A stretch of 63,478 nucleotides of DNA, counting the filler, from Welwitschia mirabilis (Eukaryota), in assembly GCA_051453625.1 (NCBI GenBank). It is 7 parts of one record of this genome, joined end to end, with 100 filler letters (N's around TTAATTAATTAA, not from the genome) between each part and the next. Parts side by side here need not be neighbours in the genome. Positions count along the whole stretch, not along the records: positions 1 to 21,163 come from JBOZIK010000001.1; 6 more parts are not named here. One strand, 5' to 3'. The notes below the pieces were generated by a model that saw only the letters and a list, made by a program, of their open reading frames with translations, was not told where the DNA came from and did not search any database. Of this stretch, positions 1 to 11,895 are shown piece after piece. How positions within the stretch are numbered: the first letter of the stretch is position 1; each line of letters begins with the position of its first letter. Position numbers and translations under genes: made by a program.

Positions 1-1498
1 ATTGCTTGTTTTCTAGACTCATTTTCTTTACTTATTTATAGTACTTTCACATGATCACTTTACTTTTTTGGATTCTAATGTCATTTTTAGATAATATCTT
101 ATAGGTTTCTGTTTTAATAACTTTTCATCTTATCATTTATTATTTGGTAACATTAAATATACTTGACATCGTCATAATCATTACCCATTCAAGTGGAACT
201 TTATGAAATTTTACATTATGTCATGCATCTTTATCAGGTGATTTTTATGATTTATATGAAGTTAATTTGCTAGGATGGAATTTTCAAAGTTGTTATTGTA
301 TCGTTTTCCACATTGTCATTAGGACTTGGCCATTTGATAGTTTTCTAGTTGTTTTTTTATTTTTTACTTATAGATTTTTATTTATGATGATTGTTTTTCT
401 TTTAAGCACTTGAATTTGATGCCTTCTTTTTACTCTTATTGGTGTGTTTCGTTTGTTTTATGCTACCATTTTTTCATTTCTTTTCTTTTAATTTTACATA
501 TATCCACTTAAGATATTGAATACTCATTAAGTTTGGAATCCATTTGAGGAGTTCTTTTGAGCATTACAATTTTCTACTTAATTCATTATTATAGTCTCAT
601 AAGTATCCTTCTCCATGGTTATGTTCTTTAAGATAATTCTTTACTTTTTACTTTCCTTTTTTTCCTACTACTTTTGACTCTTTGCTTGCTTTCAAATTTT
701 TCTAGTTTTTTTTCCTCATCTATTCAAACATCTCATTTGATCACTATTTTTCCACATCTATTGTAGCCATGATAGATAGAATGATACCCATTCTTTTTAC
801 TCTATGTAATGGGGGATGTCTTGCTTTACCTATTGGGGGGAAGGCAGTGGAGGACACGGGGGTATGGGGAGAGGGGAGGAGGAGGGTTTGGGGAGGCATA
901 GGACACATCTTTGAGATTTTTTCTAAGATATTAAGCAAAAATTTATAATTTTAAATTTAAAAGGATCATTTTAATCTTTTATGATATGTACTTATGATGA
1001 GTTATTTAGATATGATTTCATGTTATTTGAATAAATTTGAATGACTTTATTGAGAAAGAGTACAGTAGCAAACTCATTGAATTTGTAATAGCTATGTTTT
1101 AGATCATGCTATGATTACTTTTTAACTTTTCTCTTATAGAAAACATTAATAAAATTTTCATGCATCATTCTTTAAAATTATTACTACTTAAGTTTTACAC
1201 ATCATTTTTAACATTACTTTTTCGAATTGTGCATACACATTTTCTAAACTATCATTATTACATTTTATAATTTGTTTATGTGTATGACATTTATTCATTA
1301 TATTGTGATGTGTTTAAGCAAGGGGCTTATGAATACATTAGCAATTATGTCAGTTAATGAATTTTATTATCTATTCTTGCATGATAAAATTGAATTCAAA
1401 TTTCAATTTTCTAGTTAATAATCATCTTAGTTAAATTGGCTTGCAATATAGATGATCACTTACTTTGTTAAGGACTGACAAGAATAAGTAGGAGGCTA
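1..1498 (+). mobile_element. 3' internal (non-coding) region of an Athila-lineage Ty3/gypsy element, ending in the PPT
   Basis: Ends in AAGTAGGAGGCTA (1486-1498) directly before a TGTTG LTR start. Homologous in inverted orientation to ~13500-14545 and to 41882-42085. Confidence 0.7.
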
Positions 1499-2851
1499 TG
1501 TTGTGATGCTAATTTGTATGGATTTAATGATATTTTTAAATTACTTTTACATGACATTCATATAGCTTTAGATGCAATTCTGATAATTATAAAGAGTCAA
1601 TGGGATGATCACAGAAATACATAATTCTTCACATAATTGAAAGAAGTTCAAGAATGTTCTAGTACTTAATATATTAGAGGGTGATTAATGATGAAGAAGG
1701 CTGATTTGTTTTACCTAATAAACTTTGGAAGGATTTCATACCTACTGTTATTTCCATGATAGATGGGATAACAACACTGCATTAACCTTTTATAATAATA
1801 ATATGGACTAGAACTTGGAGGTAACAAATCTCATTTCCTGAGGAGGTGTCATCCCCATTATTATCTCCATGATATCAGGAATGACAACACACTTGGATTT
1901 ACCCATAGGACTAAGTGCAGAGCTAGAAGCTAATGATTTATTTGTTATTATTAGTCTTTATCCCCAATGTTATCCCCATGGTATTTAGGATGATAACTAT
2001 TTTATATAAGTGTAATTAAATTATCTTGTGATGGGGTCATGTGCCCTACTTGGACTACTTGGGATTCACCACTAGATTTTAAGATTATAGTTCTTGAACT
2101 TTCAATGTAAAACTATAAATACCTCCCTTATCCTCACTTTTAATTTATCTTTTATATTTGATATGCTTATGACAAAAGATTAAAGGATAAGAGATCCATC
2201 TAGTAGCTATAAAGAGGAGTTCCTTTAGTGTTAGCCTGAGTCTCTTTCATTGAGGTGATGATACTTTGTTGTAAGTGGATGTAAAGTTATTTGAAATCAA
2301 TACAATTACTCTTTTCATTTCAATTCTTTTTATGCCCCTTATGGTTTAAGTTGGTCATAGTTTAAATGATAATTCTATGATTTATTTATATCATAAAAGC
2401 AACCTTTGTCAAGGTTGACTTGGTTAGTTGAGATTTTCATTTCTATTTCATTTTTATTCAACATTGCATTCCATATCATATTTGATCTATTTCATAGTTT
2501 ATTTTGATTTGGAATAAGTTAAGTACTCTTCTTAATTGATCTAAATTATAAAGAAGCTAGTTCTTATGACAGAAGGATTAGGATCTAATAGAATTCATTC
2601 CACTTCCATTTGAATTTCATCTCCATTCACCTTGCATTGCATTTAATTTATTATTTACTTTTAGTTATTAAAATATAAAAGAATAAAAATACCTTTGAAA
2701 ATCAATTCTCTAGCTGTAAACCTAGTGCCTTCATTGGACTTATGACATTCCGGTGAAATCCCTTTTACACTAGCATGTGTTTTTCTATAAGTTATTTGGT
2801 TTACAAATTTACCTAAATAACCTTAAAATTACAAAATTTTACATTGCAACA
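1499..2851 (+). mobile_element. 3' LTR, Athila-like subfamily B (~1.35 kb)
   Basis: Starts TGTTGTGATG and ends CATTGCAACA (inverted termini). PPT lies immediately upstream. Carries TATA-like CTATAAATACC (~2113) and the shared subterminal TTATGACATTC motif (~2741). Inverted homolog at 40561-41881. Confidence 0.8.
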
Positions 2852-3460
2852 CTCAATGTCAAAGGCTACTGAAGAAGAAGAGGAAAAAGAAGGATAAAAC
2901 TCTAAAGAAGTATTTAAGAAGGAAGTAGAAGAATCTAATTGATATTTTCTTCTTTGTTGTATTATGCTTGTTATTTTCTCTCCTTTATCATTGATGTCAA
3001 AAGGGGAAGAAATATCTAGTTGTGTTTTCATCTTTTATCATTTGGGATCAAACATTTTTAGTTATTTTCAATAGTACCACTCAATTTTAATGAGTACCTT
3101 TATATTATACTACTTAAGATTAAAGTAATGAAAAAGCATTTTGTGGTACTTCTATCTTACATTTGATGCATATTTAATTTATCATGAATCATAATTTTTG
3201 TTACATCTTAAGAGATATTAAATATCTTTTGAACTCTAAATTTTGTCACATACATTATGAATTTTTCATGACTCATAAACTATACTAAAAATTGTTATAT
3301 TAATTACTCTTATTTGAAACCCTTTTTAAGAAACATATTTAAGTCGATTTACATGCTTAATATTCTTTTACAAAATAAATGAGCGTTGTCTAAGAGGAGG
3401 TTTTTTTAAATTAGTATTTTCAACTAAGTATAGTTTGCCACTAATGTTAAAGGAGGAGAT
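2852..3460 (+). mobile_element. 3' internal region of a Sirevirus (SIRE)-type Ty1/copia element with multiple PPT-like tracts
   Basis: GATGTCAAAAGGGGAAGA (2993-3010) and AAAGGAGGAGAT|TGTTG (3449-3465) resemble the Sirevirus AAAGGGGGAGATTG PPT signature and its upstream extra PPTs. Confidence 0.6.
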
Positions 3461-4740
3461 TGTTGAATTAATATTTACCAAGTTAATGTCAAATAAACAT
3501 TCTCTGTTTAGCAAAACATGTTATATCTTGTACAGAAAATATCAATTCTTATAGGTTAAAAGCTGAAACATTTATCACAAATCCTTTATGAACTTGATAG
3601 TTTTCAAACCCTCAAATGGATTAATCTAATTCTAAAATGATTAAGCAAACATGGATATTAAAGTATCAAAACTTAATCATTAATAGGTCAACTAGATTCC
3701 AAAGGGATTAATTAGACTTGAGCATTAAATCTTTTACATTTGATCATTAAGGAATTGATCGAATTCTGTAGGGATCAACTAGACCTAGAGTGAAATGTTT
3801 CTATCCTTTATTAGTAAGGGATAGAGTAGACTTTTGAGGAATTGACTAAACCTAGACTATAAAATAGTTTTACAATTTTTCTTAAACATGGGATTAACTA
3901 GATGAATATGTGAGTGACTATACATCTAATCGACTAGACCCTAAGAGGTTGACTGGACATGAACTATAAGAACCAAGAGTGACTAGAAAATGATAAGAGT
4001 AATCAACTTCAGTAACAGCACCAAATGGGGTCAACTAGATATTTTGAGGAATCAACTAGTCATGACAAAAATGGAAATTTTCTAGCTATTTAGAAACTAG
4101 TTTTTATCTATTAGAGAATCTTTTCACTTATAAAAACATTACAAATCTTCTTCTATATATTTAGCAAGATTTAAAATCACTACACCACTTTTGGAGTCAT
4201 TATAGAACTCTTTATTACATATTCTATCTTATCAGAGTTAAATAAATAGTTATTATTATCATCTATACTTAGTCCATTAGTTGCACTGTATGTTCATGGT
4301 TTTTACTATCATCTCAAGTAGTGTAGCAATATTATTCTTAAGCTAGAGATCTAGTAGAACCCTTGTAATATAGCATATGATTATTATTGCATCATATTCT
4401 TTTTAAAGGTTAAGACTGAGCCTCATAAAAGCTTGATTATAAAGGTTATATATAAACCCAGAATATCTAGAAAGTGATTAACAAAAATCTAGATCAATCT
4501 TAAGTAGAAGTGAATTACTGAGAGTGGAGTAGGGGGGTTCCCAAACTACTATAAATATTATATGCATCTTCATTATTACTTTTGTGCTTTTAGTTCTTTA
4601 ATTTTAGATTATTTTCAATTTTTCATTTACATAAATATTTTAGGATTCATTTCTTGTGGAGATAGCTTGTGAATATATTTATTTAATTTTTTAAATTCTA
4701 TTCACTTCCTCTTCATTTTCTAGGGTTCTAGATCCTTTAA
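3461..4740 (+). mobile_element. 3' LTR of a Sirevirus-type Ty1/copia element
   Basis: Starts TGTTGAA after the PPT. About 9 dispersed RRTCRACTAGA-like motifs (3686-4060). GAGTGGAGTAGG...ACTACTATAAA at ~4523-4555. Ends CTATTCACTTCCTC...GATCCTTTAA, a decayed ATTCACCCCCCCT...TTTCA integrase signal, exactly where gypsy RT homology begins. Confidence 0.65.
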
Positions 4741-5690
4741 TTTTATCTTTAATATTCCAAAAGCAAATTGACAATATTTATTTAATTCAAATTTAGCTTA
4801 TTTTTTAAATAATGAGTGAAAGAATTTATAAGTTTTAGTATAATCTTAAATAAAATGATGATAAAAACCATAATGATGAAGAAAAGATCAAACTTATTTT
4901 ACATTTATTGGAGGAGTTATATTTTTAATGATACTTAATTTTTTAAGCTCTATCCTAATTTTTTTAGTAGAAATGTGATGATCTAAAATCATTCCATTAT
5001 CAACTAAAAAAAAAAACTCTTCATTCAACTCAAATATAAACCACTTTTAATGCATTTAACAAGGACTTTCTCTAATCTTTCTAAGATTTTTTTAAAGTTT
5101 TCATTATAGCTTGATAAGTCATGTATAAAAATTTTAGTTTAATCCTCTAAGATATTAGAAAAGATACCCATCATTGAACATTAAAAAATACCACTAGAAT
5201 TATAAATTCTAAAAGGCATGCATCTAAAATAAAATGTTCCAAAAAGTGAAGTAAAAGTTTTTTAATCTTGATCCTCACTAGTGATGCAAACCTGATTGTA
5301 ACCACTATACCCATTAAAAAAGTAATAAAAATCATATCCTTGAATTCTATTAAGTATCTAGTAAAGGAAAGATAAAAGATAATGTTCTTTTTTAGTTACT
5401 TCATTTAGTTTTCTAAATCAATACATATTCTCCACTTTCCACCTTTTTAAGGTATTATTATCAAAGGCCTAACCTACTCACTAAATAATATGGCATAAAT
5501 AATTTAAACATCCATTAATTTAATAATTTCATACTTTATATCTTATTTAAGAGCTAGATTTAGTCTCCATTAGGCTTGCCTAATAGGTTTTGCATTATCT
5601 TCAAGGTCGATTTTATGTTAAACAATGAAAGTAGGAATGGATATTAAATCTTTGTGGGATCAAGTAAATGCATTAATATTAAAGTTCAAA
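4741..5690 (-). pseudogene. Ty3/gypsy (Athila-type) reverse transcriptase remnant
   Basis: Manual minus-strand translation with stops and frameshifts: HKIDLEDNAKPIRQA*WRLNLAL...YDFYYFFNGYSGYNQVCITSEDQD*KTFTSLFGTFYFRCMPF...CSMMGIFSNILED*TKIFIHDLSS...LEKVLVKC...PPINVK. These match gypsy RT motifs DGYSGYNQI, MPFGL and FMDD (here FIHD). Not present in the ORF track. Confidence 0.88.
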
Positions 5691-6133
5691 ATCAAGATTA
5701 AAATTGATTCTTATTAAGGAAAAAGATTCTTATTTATTATAAAAGGTTTGTTTTTATGATTACATAGGAAGATATATTTCAATCCACTAAGTAAAGTTTT
5801 CAAATTTAAATTCAAATTTTTAGTTTCTATTAAATTTTTATCAAAGTTAATTGTCATCTTAGACTATTGTCTAGAAGATTGAAGTGGATGACATTCCTAA
5901 AAATAAGAAATCTTAGTTGTTTTGAAATGTTAAAATTATTTAGAGATTACAGTTTTAGTTTCTTTTATCTCTTGATCAAAATATTTAGCACCTAAATGCT
6001 CAAAGTTAAGTCAATCATCATTAAAATCTTTTAAGTTCTGTGCTTTAAGTGGATCATTATAAAAGGTAGGATTATGAAGCATTAATCATCTCTATTTAAG
6101 TTAATAATTCTATAAAAATAGAGTTGACTTAAT

Positions 6134-6600
6134 TTATCCCTTAATATTAAACTCATCATCTAAATCCTTTTTAGCAACATCAAAACCTATAATGGTAAAA
6201 GTTTTATTTCTTAAGTAACATTTCATAATTTTAGTTCTTGTATCAATAATACAATGAATTGTTACACAAAATAAACTACCTAAAAGTAGTGGATAACCTC
6301 CATTATGCTCAACTTCAATCATAGTCACATCTATTGGATATAATGATTCTTCAATTTAAATCATTAAATCTTTTATTACTCCTAAATATTTCTTTACTCA
6401 TGTATCTACCAATTCTAAGATGATACATGTAGTCTCAATCCTACTTTTCAAACCAAAATGTTAACAAATGTGTAAAGGCATAATGTTAACACTTACTTCT
6501 ATATTGATTAAGGATTTATTTATTCTTTTATTTCTTTCCAAAGTGATACTAAATATTGATAACCATGAATCCTTAAATTTTGGACATTTTTGTAAAACTA
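6134..6600 (-). pseudogene. Gypsy aspartic protease remnant
   Basis: LINIEVSVNIMPLHIC and ORF 6134-6328 (EVEHNGGYPLLLGSLFCVTIHCIIDTRT). Clearly homologous to ORF 50838-51542 (EINHNGGYPLLLGRTFCTNAHCIIDTRA). Confidence 0.85.
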
Positions 6601-8965
6601 AGTTGGTTATAGATTGGTCTAGGAAGACTTTACTAAGTATAGTTTGTTTTTGTTTCGTTTTAATTAGACATTTTCATAACTTAGAATATTTTGGATTTTC
6701 TTGTAAAAGTTTCCAAAATAGTAAATTTATGCTTACATTTAACATTAAGGCTTTTAAGATTCTCATCAGAGATAGGACTGGTATTTAACCTATCAAGCCA
6801 AGGGGTAGCAGGTTTCTTACCTTTATCTTGAGAAGGATCTTTCTTATTATCATTTAATAAAGAAGAGAAAGTATGATTTTATAAGGTTTCAATATCCTTG
6901 TTTTTGCTTTATCATTCTTATAATTTTGAGATTTTGAAACCTCATGAATAGGAAGTGTTACATCATTCCATTTCTAGTCATAAACTTATAATCTTTTTTT
7001 ACTTTATTAAAATTTAGAAAAGTTTTTATTGCAAGTAATCCTTGTAGTTTTTAATTTGCAAGTATAGCTTGATGAAGAACATTAATAAGATTTTTAATGT
7101 TTGATTTGTCTTATTTTGATATTTTCTNNNNNNNNNNNNNNNNNNNNNNNNNNNNNNNNNNNNNNNNNNNNNNNNNNNNNNNNNNNNNNNNNNNNNNNNN
7201 NNNNNNNNNNNNNNNNNNNNNNNNNNNATTTTGAGATTTTCTTAACTTATCAATGAAATTTCTAAGTGGATAATATTGGTTTTGTAAATTTAACGTGTTT
7301 ACTTAATAATTTGAATTACTAAGTTGGAAGTTTTAGTTATTTATTTGAAATTTAGCATTCTCAAATATATTTCTAAATGGTTAAAATTTTGTATGATTTG
7401 ATTGAAAATTATTAAATTTATTCTCTAAGGATTAAAAATTTAGTTATTTATTCATCCTAGGTTGAAATTGATTTTGATTTTAATTTTGGTTTCTAAAGTT
7501 TAAAGAATTTTGGTTGACTACATATGTCTCTTTATAAATATTGTATTTGTAAGTAAGCAATAAAGGACACTTTTTTATTATATGATACTTCTCTTCACAT
7601 AAATCATAAGTTGAAATCACAACCACACATTTTTTAGTTACTACTTTTGTATCTAATATCATTTGAGTGTGCTATTCTAGTATTGTTGTAAAGTCCTTAA
7701 TGAATNNNNNNNNNNNNNNNNNNNNNNNNNNNNNNTTGTCTTCTCTTGAGATTTCTTAATTCATCAATGAAATTTCTAAGTGGATTATTTTAATTTTGAG
7801 AATTTGATATTCTTGCTTGATAATTTGATTGCTTGATTGGAAGTTTAAGTTGTTTGTTTAAAAGTTGGTATTCTTAAATCTATTTCTATAAGGTTGAAAA
7901 TTTGGATGATTTGCTTGAAAGTCATTAAATTTATTCTCAAAATATTGAAATTTAGGTTATCCATTCATGCTAGGTTGAAATTCATTTTGATTTAAATTTC
8001 AATTTCTAAAGTTTGAAGACTTTTGATTGAATGCACACACTTATTCATAAATCTTTTCTTTGTAAGCTGGTAACAAATAATATTTTTTCCTCACATGATA
8101 GTTGTCTTCATATAAATCTTAAGTTGGAATTACATTCTTTTTAGTTGTCACTTTTGCATCTATAATTATTTAACTGTATTTTTCCAATGTTGTTGTGAAA
8201 TTCTTAATGACATTTATTGGTTTCTTTTATACTTTTTCCTTTTCTTATTTCACTTCTTTAAGATCTTTTATGGTTTGGCTTATAACACAATTCTCTTTAG
8301 GTATTGGTTTAGACCATGTTTAACTTACTTCTACTAGTTCTTCCAACAATCTCCATGCATTTTCTAATGTGAGATTCATCAAATTATATTCACATGAAAA
8401 ATTTACAAGTTGTTTCATTTGGCTATTAAGTATACTATAGAAATAATCTACTAATTCTTCTTGAGTGAATGCATCTATAGGATTAGAATGAATGACAATT
8501 AAAAATCATTAATAAGTGGAGGGATAATATTCATTGGCTTGTTGTTGGAAATTTGTTGCCTCTTTCTTTCTTTTTCTTATGGTTATTTCACTCATAAATC
8601 GCTTTACAAATGCTTCTTAAACATAATTTCATGTTTTTTTTAGTTTCATGGAAAATAGTTCTTTACCATAATTTATCTTTCCCTTTAAAAATGGTGTGAA
8701 AAATAACCATGTAAGTATGATCACTAATTCATTTTTAACTATTTTCAAAAGTAGGGCTCAATTGTTTGATATCAACTATATGTTATAGGGAATCTTCATC
8801 ATTTTCTCCATTAAAAATAGGATAATCACTTAAATTTATTAACTCAACATTATTACTAGAAGATAGGTCAAAAATTTTTTGGATTTCATATCTCTTATTT
8901 CCAATTATTTCTTTAAGGTTAACATTAACATTTTGATTTGTGAGATTAGTAAAGGTTCTAATCAC
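6601..8965 (-). pseudogene. Gypsy gag remnant, containing an internal duplication and two gaps
   Basis: ORF 8783-8965 (IFDLSSSNNVELINLSDYPIFNG) aligns to NPFDLSIGDNIEIQNLDAYPYFDG at 48546-48617. Lies between the PBS/leader and the protease on the same strand. Confidence 0.75.
7228..8215. repeat. Diverged ~0.5-kb direct duplication within gag (7228-7705 vs ~7741-8215)
   Basis: Both units start TTGAGATTT(T)CTTAA..ATCAATGAAATTTCTAAGTGGAT and end TTGTTGT.AA.T.CTTAATGA. They differ by many substitutions and are separated by a 30-N gap. Confidence 0.8.
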
Positions 8966-10490
8966 AATTGGAGGATTAAGAAAAGAAACCTATTTTGTTT
9001 TTGTAATGAATTTGACATTGTAAAATGATTTTTTCCTAAATTATCTTTTAAAAAACTATCTTATAAAAATCAGATTTAGAAACAATAAATGCAAAAAAAT
9101 TCTTACTCAATTCTTGACATATTTTATGTATGTGGGGTGTGTGTATCTAGGTTAAGTTCATAGGTGACCAATCCTTCTTGGATATTGTCTTCTATCGATA
9201 ATCTCTCTAATATTTTGCCTTTTTACTAGAGTTTAGTATGTTCTATCATGCTCAATTTTATTTCTATAGGTGTTATCTTACTAGTCATCTAGACAATGTA
9301 CCTNNNNNNNNNNNNNNNNNNNNNNNNNNNNNNNNNNNNNNNNNNNNNNNNNNNNNNNNNNNNNNNNNNNNNNNNNNNNNNNNNNNNNNNNNNNNNNNNN
9401 NNNNNNNNNNNNNNNNNNNNNNNNNNNNNNNNNNNNNNNNNNNNNNNNNNNNNNNNNNNNNNNNNNNNNNNNNNNNNNNNNNNNNNNNNNNNNNNNNNNN
9501 NNNNNNNNNNNNNNNNNNNNNNNNNNNNNNNNNNNNNNNNNNNNNNNNNNNNNNNNNNNNNNNNNNNNNNNNNNNNNNNNNNNNNNNNNNNNNNNNNNNN
9601 NNNNNNNNNNNNNNNNNNNNNNNNNNNNNNNNNNNNNNNNNNNNNNNNNNNNNNNNNNNNNNNNNNNNNNNNNNNNNNNNNNNNNNNNNNNNNNNNNNNN
9701 NNNNNNNNNNNNNNNNNNNNNNNNNNNNNNNNNNNNNNNNNNNNNNNNNNNNNNNNNNNNNNNNNNNNNNNNNNNNNNNNNNNNNNNNNNNNNNNNNNNN
9801 NNNNNNNNNNNNNNNNNNNNNNNNNNNNNNNNNNNNNNNNNNNNNNNNNNNNNNNNNNNNNNNNNNNNNNNNNNNNNNNNNNNNNNNNNNNNNNNNNNNN
9901 NNNNNNNNNNNNNNNNNNNNNNNNNNNNNNNNNNNNNNNNNNNNNNNNNNNNNNNNNNNNNNNNNNNNNNNNNNNNNNNNNNNNNNNNNNNNNNNNNNNN
10001 NNNNNNNNNNNNNNNNNNNNNNNNNNNNNNNNNNNNNNNNNNNNNNNNNNNNNNNNNNNNNNNNNNNNNNNNNNNNNNNNNNNNNNNNNNNNNNNNNNNN
10101 NNNNNNNNNNNNNNNNNNNNNNNNNNNNNNNNNNNNNNNNNNNNNNNNNNNNNNNNNNNNNNNNNNNNNNNNNNNNNNNNNNNNNNNNNNNNNNNNNNNN
10201 NNNNNNNNNNNNNNNNNNNNNNNNNNNNNNNNNNNNNNNNNNNNAATGATAATAAAATCCTAGTTATTATGCAAATAAAAAAACTTAAGTTTCTTAGGCT
10301 GTCATCATTGTAGATTATTTGGATAGCATAGAGGACAATAGGGCATTATTTTTAAAATGCAAAACAAAAAATGTAGAAAGGAAAACCTATATTTATACTA
10401 TAAGAATACAACGTTACTATAGACCAATATCTAAACTAAAATCCAAAGCACTTATCTAAGCAACAATACTCCTCAAACTCTAAGCATTCT

Positions 10491-10508
10491 TTCTCGGTAA
10501 TGGCACCA
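10491..10508 (-). promoter_or_regulatory. Primer binding site, tRNA-Asp type
   Basis: Minus strand reads ...ACTACAACA-TCT-TGGTGCCATTACCGAGAA. This is a transition-decayed form of TGGCGCCGTTGCCGGGGA, the Athila PBS. Confidence 0.75.
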
Positions 10509-10511
10509 AGA

Positions 10512-10564
10512 TGTTGTAGTGCACATTTATAAAAATGTTATGTTTTTAAACAAATTCTAAAAAT

Positions 10565-10600
<36 letters not shown>

Positions 10601-10685
10601 NNNNNNNNNNTAAGATTTTATTATGAGTATTTATTAATATTCTATGTTCTTAAAAAAATTATAAAATAATATTTATAATTATAAT

Positions 10686-10732
<47 letters not shown>

Positions 10733-11895
10733 ATACAACATACTAATATAGATGGGAGTGGCTCAAATGTTGTAATTCTGTTAAAGGAATTAGTGAGAAA
10801 AAAGAGAATTATTTTTAAAAATAAAACACTTATGTAATATTCAATTAGAACAAAATAATAATGCAAATGAGATGCAAGTTCTATTTTAAATGAAACTTCT
10901 ATCCAATTACCAAATTAACTTGTTATAGATATCAATCTTGTATAACTTATATCAATCAAGGAAAGTCATCACCAAATCATAACCAACCTATGCTAATGGG
11001 TGCTTTGAATAGGGTATGAAAATAATGCAAAGGTAATCTAGAAAATGAAATTCAATACACCTAAACTATCAATATCAATTTTAATAAAGATTGTTTTCAT
11101 GATCTATATCATCAAGGACACTATCACAGAATTAAAAGTAATATAAACCATAAAAAACTATGCACATAATAAAAGATATAAAAATGAGAATAGAGTTTTG
11201 ATTAAAGTGAATCAAACATCTGTATTACAATGTAGTAGTAGCTTAATGAAGGATACATAGCTTAACACTAATGAAGATGTCTTTTTGCAACAATAATAGA
11301 TGAATCTCCTACCCTTCAATCTTCTATCATCAAAATTTCTAGTGTCAAAAAAGATGAAAATGAAGTTGAGGATAGAGGAAGTATTTATTACAAAATAGGC
11401 TTTAAAATCAATAAACACTAATATATACACTAATAATCCTAATAATCATGCAAGAAGATGTAACTCACATGGTTAGATTCTAGTGAAGTTTGATCAAGCG
11501 TTATTTTTAGGTATCATCCACTTGTCATCTGGATATCACAGAAGATGATGCCACATCATATGGGTTCCACATCAGCTATCAGATTAATCTAATAAGCATC
11601 CTTATCAACTTTATTACTTCTATTATCTTTATAATCATCTAGATGATGAGGTAGATGATGGATTTTTATAAAGTATTTTTTATGTCCTATTAGCCTCTTT
11701 GATTACAGGATTATTGCTTTAGATATAAAGTATTATAAATTGCTCCAAATGCTATTAAATGTAATGAGAATTACATGTTTTCATTACATTTGCTTTAGCT
11801 CTTAATTATCATTAAAATTCAACATAAACATTTTTAATGTTCTACACAACTACTCAAACTACCCTTTCAAATACATACAGTTTGGCAACACAATA
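10512..11895 (-). mobile_element. 5' LTR of the minus-strand Athila-like element whose gag-PR-RT lie at 4741-8965
   Basis: TGTTG at 10512 next to the PBS, and GGCAACACAATA (decayed LTR start) at ~11884-11895. The shared subterminal motif is at ~10741-10778. Contains (TA)n tracts. Confidence 0.7.
10568..10726. repeat. Two (TA)n microsatellites (10568-10600 and 10694-10726)
   Basis: Pure TA runs of more than 30 bp. The first abuts a 10-N gap. Confidence 0.95.

Noticed and set aside
6468..6788. Plus-strand ORFs antisense to retroelement genes (also 34440-34688), and minus-strand ORF 46517-46906
   Set aside because: Shadow frames of decayed gag/pol on the opposite strand, with no motifs of their own.
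9238..10263. Long ORFs in the track made of X residues (also 15895-16483, 19091-19552, 58538-59077, 61168-61677 and others)
   Set aside because: Artefacts of translating through N gaps.
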